A DNA stretch of 64,000 bases from Chrysomallon squamiferum. Taxonomy: Eukaryota > Animalia > Mollusca. The DNA is taken from assembly GCA_012295275.1 (NCBI GenBank), contig CM022673.1:4588001-4652000 (forward strand), given 5' to 3'. The notes beneath the pieces are model-generated. The model did no database searches, was not told the DNA's origin, and saw only the letters and a list, made by a program, of their open reading frames with translations. How positions within the stretch are numbered: position 1 is the stretch's first letter; each line of letters starts with the position of its first letter. The position numbers were made by a program, and so were the translations under genes. Shown piece after piece: positions 53,745-64,000 of the stretch.

Positions 53745-56700
53745 GTAAGTTATTTTTTTAAATTTATTTTTATCAACTATATATAGCCCTTGTAAGTATA
53801 TTATACTCCCCATATCTTTCGTGGTTCTTATTTTTCTTTTATTCTTATTTTTATTTATATTAATTAATTAATTAATTAATTTATTTATTTATTATTATTT
53901 TTGTTGGGGTTTTTTTCAATATTTTTAATTAGTAAGTTGGTGCTTAATTAATACAAGAATTAATACAAGGAAATAAAAAATAAAAACATTATTAAATGGA
54001 AGAACAAAAGTTTAATTCATTTTACTGTTGTATTAATTAAAATATAATATTAAGTTAAAGAGAGAGGGAATATATATATATATATATTATTGTTATGGTT
54101 ATTACTACCACAGTTTTCACTATTACTACTACTACTATTATCCCTTCACTTGTTAACTACTGCTGCTGTTACTGTTTTTGTTGTTTTTATTTACATTCTT
54201 GTTATTGTCATTGGTAGTGTTAGTATTATTGATTTCCTTTGCAACTTTTTTTTTCACCCCATACTATTTTCGAATATAACAACAGTAAAGCATATGGATT
54301 TTGTATGAAAGGCCAGTACAAGAAAAACGTTTGTTTGTCATTGTGACAAAATGAAATGCTTTTCATCCTGTTTATCAGTTTATTGATCAGTTTGTTAGAT
54401 ATTAACGCTATTGATTCACACCTATGTGTGTGAAATGCATGATATGTCATACCTGTGTAGCATTTGTCCTTGGTGTTGCCTCTTATCAAGTGACATTTGT
54501 AGAACAAAAACAAAACAAAGTGTTTTTACTATGGCATTATTGATTCATTAATATTCCAACACACATGATTTTATGCACGTACTGGAAAATAACAAATTAT
54601 TAAAGTGGTCTTTATTTCGGTTTAATTTCATTTATTATTATTACCATCATAATCATCATCATCATTGTTGCCGTCAAACATTATCATTATCATCATTACC
54701 TGAAAATATACAAAATGCATTTAGGTTGTTTGATCATACCATTGCACATGCAGTTTACTTAAAAATTAAATAATAATGTGCCTGCAAAACATCCATAGCA
54801 ATTAAGAAACAATTTAAAAATAGATTCAATCAAGCATAAAGAATATTTTAAAAATTCATTTGATTTGTGTGGGGGCTTTTTTTTTTTTTTTTTGTTTTTT
54901 TTTGTTTTTATTTCCTCTAAAACATTTGGTAGTGAAAAGCCAGTAAAAGACAGGCTGCAATTGCCATCTATCTCCAGGCTTTCTTCATTATGTCTTAAGA
55001 ACGATCAATACACAAATTAATAGCCACTATGAATATTTGATTTTATTTACCCTGTCTGTTTGCCAGAATATCAAATTAACCCCCCTCCTTCACTTCCCAA
55101 CCAGCGTCTGAATAAATGTTGAATGATACAGGGCAGTTGGCTGAATGGATTTTCTTTTTCATTTTGTATTCAGGACAGTGCTGAATGATGTAAAGTATTA
55201 GTACTATTTTAAAGAATGATGATGATGATGCATTTGGATTTGAATGGATTATGATTCCAGAGGCAAAAGGTTAATCAAAAAAAAAAAAAAAAAACCCAGA
55301 AAACTAGAAATTATTAAATCCTGATGGGGCAGATGTGAATATTAATGTATGGTGGTTTTAGGGGCGAAAGGGTTAATGAGCATATAGGGAATAAAAAAAT
55401 TCTGAAGCATGACTGGGAAATATGTGGATATTACAGAAGTGAAATGGTTAATGTGATGTTATAAATTAGTTAATAAGCACAGTGATGGTGTATGTGGGTA
55501 TTATGGGATAATTATTTCCAAAACAAAAGGGGAAAGCCAGAAAGCATGTTGATGGCATATGGGATGTTAGGCTGAAAATGTTATTTCAGAAGTAAAAGGG
55601 TTAATGAAACATGAAGAAAACTAGACAGGACTACGTTTAAAATTAAGAAGGTGAATGAAACATTTTTTTGTTTTTTTTGTTAAAGGAAGGTTGTTGTTTC
55701 TGAACTCAGAGGGTTAATGTTGCTGGAGAATAAATGTACTTCTTATTGATGTGGAATTTTAAAATTAAATTATAATTACTGTCATCTCTTTTCTCTTGAG
55801 ATTGGACAGAACAAGGATTAATTTTAAATTTCATTTAGTATTTTATTCACATTATATTATTGTTCTTATCATCATCATCATCATCTTCATCATCAACATT
55901 ACCATTGTTATTAATTGTTCACTGTGATTTTTATTACTACCTCTACTCCATTAATTACTACTGATGTTTCAAAGGCAGCATATACACATTCAAAGTGAAT
56001 TATTGAACATACTTATGTTTATTAATTTTTGTGAATAATAAGTCATTATATGTTATAAAATCTCCATTAAATTTCCTAAGTGAGGTTTATTTTTAAAACG
56101 ATCAATAGAGAATTAATTTTTAAATTTTTTTTTGGCTATTTACCATTCGTAGGTGTGTTTTATTTCATATACCCCCCCTGAATTCAAGGTCGTGATGGCC
56201 AAATTGTGGAGCACTTTAAAAGACATTATGTGAAAGATTGATGTCAAAAGTACTGGTGGAACCAGTGGTCACTCTGTGCTCTGACGTCCAGAGACAGTTA
56301 ATATCCTGTGGTCTTTCAGCCACTGCCCAGTGTTTGCATTTGCTAACAGGTTCACACCAGGTGGTTTCCATACTCGAGTGATCTGACAAAATGGATTTGA
56401 CCGCAAGTCCTTTTAGGCTGAACTCTGGGTGACAAAGAGTTGTCATCTGATTGGGCAGAGTTGACTTGTTGTTTTGTTTCAATAGATTTGATTCGTTGTT
56501 TTATGTGTACTGGGAAAAAGGCTTTGTTAGGATGATGTATGAATAGTGGATGAGTTTTTTCAAGTTATTTGTTTATAAATGAGAAACAGATGAATGATGG
56601 GAATTTGTTTGGAGATCCAATTTCAGAATGTTTCAAGAACATTTTTTATATTTTTTTATATTTTTTTATATTTACCAGTCTGATATCATGAAGATAGAAC

Positions 56701-59070
56701 TGGTTTTGCTTTGTTTGGCTTTTTTCACTAATAATATATATTATATATTCCAGGAAATTTCATTTTGTTTTTTATGGTGAAAAAAAGGAGAAAAAGTGTA
56801 TATTTTGAAAGAATACAAATTTCTTTATACCAAAGAGGTATAATATAAGATATTATATTCTCTTTTATTATTATTATTATCCTTTTTTTTAATTTTTGAA
56901 AACTTAATGTAATTAAATCTAGACCATAAAACTTCTATTCATTTCTAAAAAAAAAATGATCCCTTTTACAAAAATGATCATATATTAACAGCATCATGGA
57001 GGATTTTTACACTTTTTTTCTTTTCTTTTTTTTTGTTGTTGTTGTTTTTGTTTCTTATTTTTTCTGTCTTTCCACTGGTCTCAAGAGACCATTTTTCTTA
57101 TTTATTTTTTTTTTTGGTTTTTGTTTTGTTTTTCTATTTATCTCCCAAGATGTTATTCGCTTGTGTTGCTTTGAGATAACATATTAGAGAAGATTACATC
57201 GGATGATGAAAATGGCTTTTCTCTGCATCACCAGCTTTTTCTGGCGTGTCCAATATTAGGGATATTAAACAAATGGCTCAGGATTATTTGTCCACTGTGG
57301 TAGCCAGTGCTCGAAGCATTGTGGCAGTCCTCCCTGCCACAGCAGTTGTCCTCTTGTTTGAAAATCTTCAATAAACTCAGCAAATAACAGTGTGATCTGT
57401 GGACGATGTTGTCAGATGCAGATAATCACTTTATTGATGGTGTAAGATCTGTGACAGATTCAGATGGATTTTTTTTCTTTCTTTTTTCGCTTGGACAAGA
57501 ATCGAATTTTGTGTCTTCTCTTTATACTCAGATATGGACGACACTTTTAGAATTTTAGTAAAGATGTTGTTTTCTGTTTCTAATTATTATTATTATTATT
57601 TGATTTTATAGTATTGGGAATGATAATATGAAGATTTGTACAAAGCTTTTTTTTTTAAATTAATATTTTATATATTTTTATTTGTTTGTTTGTTTAAATA
57701 TTTATTTATTTTCTGTTTCTTTTTTCTCTTTTTAATTATTTTGAACAGGCCAGTAAAAGTAAATAAGCATTTTTTTTATATTTTTTTTATTTTTTATCAC
57801 CAACAATGAAACTGTTCAGTAGTTCTTCATTTAAATTCACAAACAATTCTTTATTTTAAAAAACTTTATAAAAGTTGGTTATTTTAACAAGCTGAATATA
57901 ATAATTAACTGGCATATAACTTATAAGTATCATTAGTTAAAAAAATTATTCTTTCTTTCAAAAAAGATGTACATATAGACATACAAACATAAATTCATAC
58001 ATACATAGGAATGTATATATGTATGTATGTATGAATTTATGTATGTATGTCTTACACACACACACACACACAAACACACACTTATAATTATGGAATTTTA
58101 AAAAGTAGAAAATCAAAAGAGATATAAAATTCTCTGTTGACATAAGACGCATTAGCAAATAGTGAATGTTATTGTGCTTTTTTAGTCACTGAATGTAAGT
58201 CTCATTAGACCAAGTAGCTTCAGCGAAGCAATTCATAGATGTTGAAAAAATTGAAAATCGAATAAGAATTAAGCTAATGTATTGACATAAAACATATTAG
58301 CAAGCAAGGATTGCTTTGTTTAACTACCTTTTCAGAGATAGCATTGTTACAAATGCTAACAAATCCTAACAGAAATAGACCTAAAAAGGAACAGTACCGG
58401 CCATTTTTGAGGTTTAATTATCAGTATAATTGGTATCAACACAGAGGAAATAATTACATGGTTTATGCAGACAGTGCTGCTTTCTGAGTTAATTGGCTTT
58501 ATTTTCTTTTTACTCAAACCTCTAGATTACATCTCTTTGTAATAGTGAAATAAAGATTCTTTGCAAGAGGAACTTTTGTTAAAAAACCTGTCTTTGAGTC
58601 TTGCAGGATTATAAATCTTAACCAGGGTTTTCTTGGTGCAGGGAATACGTGCTTTGAATCACGTCGTGCCAGTTTTAATACAGGGATTCAAAACAAATAA
58701 ATACAAATTAAAAAATTAATCTTTCTAGATGGTCATTGAAATCATTGTGAAGAAAAAAAACTAATGAAAAGAAAAACAAGGATTTCTATTTTCTCTTCTT
58801 TATTTTAACTTGGTATAGTGTGTTATTTATTATTTCACTGTGTATATGAGAGGGAGAGAAAATATTTGTGTGTGGGCAAGAGAGAAGGTGTGGAAGATAA
58901 TGAGTCAACATTTATGAGTTCTGCCATTTCTATTGTCTGTTATTTTATTCATTTTTTGAAGTAGTCATATTATTATTATTATAATTTCTGTTGTTGTTGT
59001 TTACTTATTCATTTACTAACTTGCTTACTTATTTACTTACTTACTCACTCACTTACTCACTTACTTACAG

Positions 59071-59144
59071 ATGACCACTCTCGAGTTGTGCTGTCCACCT
59101 CTACAAATGTTTCTGGATCTGACTACATCAATGCCAGCTTTATT
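59071..59144 (+). CDS. PTPRN: IA-2/PTPRN PTP-domain exon (Y-DHSRVVLSTSTNVSGSDYINASFI)
   Basis: ttacag| and ATT|gtgagt; 74 nt; PTP motifs DxxRVxL and DYINAS. Confidence 0.95.
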
Positions 59145-59551
59145 GTGAGTTTTAATTTTCTGTTTTGATTCGTCTTTTCTTAATCTTTCTAATTCAATTT
59201 TTTATTTAAATTTTCTATTTTGATTTTCTGTTTAGTCACAGAGCTTGAATACGATGTTCACTAACTAAGTATTTAACATTCATATCTTCTATAGGAAAAT
59301 ATTTTACATTCATACGTTCTATTGTCAAAACAGAAAGGAATTTTTATGTCTAATATAGATGTCAGTTTTTTTGTTTGTTTTTTTTGCCATATTTTTTTTG
59401 TTTTTTTTTTCTTTTTTTAAATAAATGTATTCTACTGATCTTAAATCTAACACATCTGTGCTGAAAATCCAGCACTGAATAATTAATACTCCAGAGATTT
59501 AGCACAGACATATTGAAATTTAATCATACAATTTCTGTAGCTGTTTATATA

Positions 59552-59678
59552 CAGGGTGGTCCAAAAGTAGGTGGACAGTAAATGATAACATTTATTTTGA
59601 GATTACATGTACAATTATTACATTGTGATAATACAACCCTAACCCTAACCCACATACTGTCCACCTACTTTTGGACCA
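59552..59678. mobile_element. Small MITE-like element, probably Tc1/mariner-type
   Basis: Perfect 24-bp inverted repeat (59557-59580 / 59655-59678); left end TA|CAGGGTG; right copy lacks the terminal CCCTG and is followed by TATA. Confidence 0.75.
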
Positions 59679-60448
59679 TATAAACATATATAAAAATTGT
59701 ATTTAAAAACAAAATTAATAAAATATTAATTTTAAAAAATATATATTTAATACAATGGGAAAAAAACAACAAAAAAACAACAACACTTTATCTCTTAAAA
59801 AATGATCCAAAAGGATCCATCTGTTAGCTAGACTTAACTTATTGATCTACGTAAATTATTCTCTAAATTTATTATTTCGGGAGTTATTTTCTTCTTCTTC
59901 TGCTGATAACAAAACTTGATGTCAAATCCTCCAGATACCTAAAGTGAATGATTGTCCTAAAAATGACAGCTCATGTGTGAAATAGTTTCAGCTCTCAAGA
60001 GACTTGGCCAAAATAAATCTTTTGCTGATGGAAGTTTAAAAAAAAAAAAAAAAAACACCCCCCAAAAAAACCATAGCAGATATTGCGTTGAAACTTCAGC
60101 CTGTTCATAATGATAAGGGAAAGAAGCATTGTTTACAGAATCCTCCAGGGGGTGATTTCATTCCCAAATCAATCTATGCAAGATGGTGATGCCAGGACAG
60201 GGGTCAATGAAGTCCTGTGTGGTTTTTTTAAAATTATTTTTAAATTTTTTATTTCTTGTTGTTTTGTGGTTTTATGGTTTCATGGATTTTAATTTTTTGT
60301 ATTATTTAAAAAAAAAAAAAAATTAATTATTATTATTATTATGTTTTTATTTATTTATTTATTTCTGTTTTATTGTTTTCATGGTTTTTTTTTGAAATGT
60401 TAAGATTGTTCAGCTCATTGTGGCATTTGCTTATTTTTGTTTTGTTTA

Positions 60449-60485
<37 letters not shown>

Positions 60486-60982
60486 TTTAAGATGTAGATT
60501 TCCCCCAACAGCACAAATGTATAAAAAAAAATAAATACTACTACTACTAATAATAATAATAAGTAAGTCAGATAAAAAAAAAAAAAAACAATAACAACAG
60601 CAGTCGACTGCTCAGAATTGCAAAGTACCTGTGAGAGAACTTTTGGTAAAAATTAATTATCTTCAGTTTGAACTAAAACTGTCTGAAATATTAACTGTTC
60701 AGTCCAGAAATTATTATTCAGAATGTTCAAGATGGTTAAAGAAACTCAGTCTGTGAAAAAAGTTTGCTCTTTCTTTATTAATTAAGGTTTGGTGGATAGA
60801 TAGCAGTTTACAAAATATACATGTTAATCCAATTGGTAAGGATTTCATTTTTTTTTGTTTTTTCAGTATTATTTTTATTTTTAGTTATATTTTTTTTTAT
60901 TTTTTCTTTCTTTTTCTTATACAAAAAATAAATGATACTTCCATTAAATTTTTGTTTTAATTAAATTTTTGTTTTACCCCAG

Positions 60983-61060
60983 ACGGACCATGACCCTAGG
61001 AATCCAGCATTTATTGCCACACAAGGACCTCTGCCACATACCGTGGCTGATTTCTGGCAG
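60983..61060 (+). CDS. PTPRN: IA-2/PTPRN PTP-domain exon ([26 protein letters not shown])
   Basis: tttaccccag| and CAG|gtaagt; 78 nt; IATQGP and DFWQ motifs. Confidence 0.96.
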
Positions 61061-61387
61061 GTAAGTCTCTTTTTTTCTTCTCTCTTCTTCTTTTTTTATC
61101 CAGTTTTATAATATCCTTGAAAATAATATCAGTTGCTCTTTATATTTCAAAAATTTTACTTCAGTAATACAACTGTGGAAAAAAACATTTTAATCATTTC
61201 ATTTTATTTTATTTTGTATGTAAATCAACCTAACACCTAATCTAGTTCATTTTAAGACTGATCCATTACTGTTAGAAATGATAATTTAAATAAAAAATAA
61301 ATAAATAAATAAATAAAAAATGAAAACCATATTTTTTATTCTTATTGTCATTCACTTATCATCCTGAATGATAAATGATTTTTTCAG

Positions 61388-61507
61388 ATGATCTGGGAGC
61401 AAGGCAGTGTGGTGATTGTAATGCTGACCAAACTGACTGAAAACGGTCAAGCCATGTGTCACCGATACTGGCCCGAGGAAGGCAGTGATCTGTACCACAT
61501 CTATGAG
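61388..61507 (+). CDS. PTPRN: IA-2/PTPRN PTP-domain exon ([40 protein letters not shown])
   Basis: tttttcag| and GAG|gtatgt; 120 nt; IVMLT and C.RYWP motifs. Confidence 0.96.
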
Positions 61508-61509
61508 GT

Positions 61510-61640
61510 ATGTTTATTTGTTTGTTTGTTTATTTATTTATTTATTTGTTTATTTGTTTGTTTATTTATTTATTTGTTTATTTGTTTATTTGTTTGTTTA
61601 TTTATTTATTTATTTGCTTATTTATTTATTTATTTATTTA
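61510..61640. repeat. (TTTA/TTTG)n microsatellite directly after a splice donor
   Basis: Seen directly; explains the spurious LFIY extension of ORF 61388-61753. Confidence 0.9.
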
Positions 61641-61869
61641 CAAAGTGTTTCAGTCTGTTCATATTTCACTTATTTTTATTTATTATTTATTACATACTTC
61701 TTTATTTGTTTCTATACATTATAATGTTTGTTTATTTCGATCCTTACCACTAATTTATTTTGCTTGCATTTATTTTAGTTTATTTTCACTGTGGCTTTAT
61801 TAATTCATTTTACTACAGTGCAAAAAAGTAGTCATCTAAACCTTATCAGTCTTGTTAAATTAATTATGT

Positions 61870-61909
<40 letters not shown>

Positions 61910-62038
61910 TTAGTTGGGGGGTGTATGTATATGTATATGTGTGTGTGTCTATGTATGTATATCAGTGTTTGTGTGTATATTTCTATATGTTTGTGTGTGT
62001 TCCGGTGTTGTTATTATTATTGTTGTTACTGTCAACAG

Positions 62039-62205
62039 GTGCACCTTGTATCGGAACACATCTGGTGTGATGATTACCTGGTCCGCAGCTTTTACCTGAA
62101 GAACCTACAGACTAACGAGACACGCACTGTGACCCAGTTCCACTTCCTCACCTGGCCTCACCTTGGTGTTCCCAGCTCCATCAAAGCTCTCCTGGATTTC
62201 CGAAG
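62039..62205 (+). CDS. PTPRN: IA-2/PTPRN PTP-domain exon ([56 protein letters not shown])
   Basis: caacag| and AG|gtgagt; 167 nt; near-identical to the IA-2 segment [29 protein letters not shown]. Confidence 0.96.
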
Positions 62206-62583
62206 GTGAGTTCTGCCTGACCTAGTTAAATAAAATACTTTCAAAGCAAGAAGAACAAGAAGAAAGGATCCTTCTGAAAAAAATTATTAAATTTGTATTT
62301 CAGATTAACATATGATTATAATCAAGCAAAAGATGATGTTTTCGGTGAACACATATCTGGTGTTTTGTTTTTAGACGTGCATCGCTGGATTTAATTCACA
62401 CCTGTTGATAAATGGACATGGATGTATGAATGTTTAACTTCCACATTGCAGAATGCTGGTTCACACACTGATTCATACACAAGCATGCATGCATGCATGC
62501 ACACACATAGATGCTCGCATCACACAAAACCATACTCAACCAAATTATCTGCCAGATATATCTACTTTTCATAATCCTCTCCG

Positions 62584-62616
<33 letters not shown>

Positions 62617-63706
62617 ATGTTTTGTATATACCAGCATATACAAGAGTGTTATAAATATACAAACATTTTAAAAATAGAGAATATACAATGGCATGGATTT
62701 CTTCAATTAACCATGGTGTGAATTTTCATACTAATACTTATAATACATGCTTGCCAAAGCTTTTAGCTGGATTGCTGAATTAACATCTTTCTTCTAACCT
62801 GTTGAAATTACTAAATTATTTAATTAAGGAGTTATGACAGTTTAACTTGTTTTAAATAACATTTTATCTGTTTTCTTAAAGTTTTCACTCACAGTTGTTG
62901 AAATTTTCTTACTAATTTTAAAAATGAAACAAATCTATAGAATTTTTTTTTAGAAATCCAACGTTATGAATTTTCTAATTTTCATTTAGTTATGATTAGT
63001 TAATAATGTTTATGAAAGATTTGATTTAACAAAATTCAGTTATTGAATTCATAGAAAGCATTTAATAAAAGGACAAAAAGACTGTTGGATTTTTAATTTT
63101 ATTTGTTTCTTTAATCAAATATGAAAAAAATTTGTCAGTTTAATATCTCATTTCACATATTTATTATTATTTTTTTTTTTTGTTTGTTTGTTTTACAAAA
63201 ACAAAAATTAATCTAAGTAATTAATATCATTTCATATTTTCAATAGATTTCAGAAATTATTTGTGAAATTGCAAAAGAAATTAGTTTTTTGTTTAAATTT
63301 TATTAATAAAAAAAAAAATGGTTTGATGATGAAAGTAACAGATATTAATTTCTATTTTTTTATTTGATTAATTCTTCATTTTTATATATATATATTATTT
63401 TTTAATTATTTGTTTTTTAATTAAATAAAAATATTATTTTAAAAAGTACTATAAGGACCAAATTTTCATACTTTTCTTTCCTTCACTTTTACTAATAAAT
63501 AATAAATTAAAAAAAAAAATAATCATAACAAAACTTTGACATTACAGTTTCCAGTCTTTACGGGGTTTTTTTTCTTGTGCATTTGATTCAAAGGTTCTTT
63601 TAACCCCTTCTAGTTGAGTTGAGTTCACTGGTCACTTTAGCATTCTGCTTGCTGTTTAATCTCTTCTACACTTGACTAGTTTGGTCACTGACTTGCTACT
63701 AACTTT

Positions 63707-63789
63707 GCCAGCTACCCAGGCAGCTTTTGTGATTTAGCAATTGTACATTAGACAAATTGCATAGTCACAAAAGTGATCGGGGAGATGGC
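63707..63789 (+). ncRNA. MIR153: microRNA miR-153 precursor hairpin (mature 3p 63757-63778; star 5p ~63721-63742)
   Basis: TTGCATAGTCACAAAAGTGATC is the miR-153-3p sequence; complementary arm CAGCTTTTGTGATTTAGCAATT; basal stem GCCA..CCC / GGG..TGGC; apical UGU and downstream CNNC (CTAC 63794-63797). Confidence 0.95.
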
Positions 63790-63927
63790 CTGCCTACTAA
63801 CTAACTGCTTGGTTTTTCGGGAATGGTGTTTTTTAATTATCTTCTCTTTTTTTTTTTAAATACCTCACTGCTTGTTCAAGAGTTGCCTGACTGACTGATG
63901 ATCTTGTTTCATAGCATCTTGAGAAAA

Positions 63928-63993
63928 GATTCACAGCATTTTGATGAATGATGATTCACAGCATCTTGATGAATGATGATTCACAGCATTCTT
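63928..63993 (+). repeat. 25-bp tandem repeat just downstream of miR-153
   Basis: GATTCACAGCATYTTGATGAATGAT x ~2.6. Confidence 0.8.
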
Positions 63994-64000
63994 ATACATG

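Noticed and set aside
55255-55720. Recurring AAAGGGTTAATG motif
   Set aside because: Probably an old decayed tandem repeat; period too irregular to define and no further signal.

Overview
Very AT-rich, microsatellite-dense animal genomic DNA, probably a lophotrochozoan or mollusc (inferred from protein divergence and SINE-like motifs, not proven). The whole window appears to lie inside one large + strand gene, the IA-2/phogrin (PTPRN/PTPRN2, ida-1) receptor-type pseudo-phosphatase. Nine GT-AG exons (11381-62205) join in frame and encode the end of the lumenal SEA-like region, the transmembrane helix, the juxtamembrane segment and most of the PTP domain; the 5' exons and the catalytic-loop exon are outside the window. 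An exact miR-153-3p hairpin (63707-63789) lies in the intron after the ...LLDFRR exon, matching the vertebrate PTPRN/miR-153 arrangement. Other notable observations: a ~42-bp minisatellite that tandemly amplifies the splice donor of the TM exon, an unusual KNRY-intact / WPD->WPH motif combination, several intronic RFX X-boxes (one in a candidate internal promoter), a small Tc1/mariner-like MITE with telomeric repeats, and many degenerate tandem repeats. Almost all ORFs in the supplied track are low-complexity noise.
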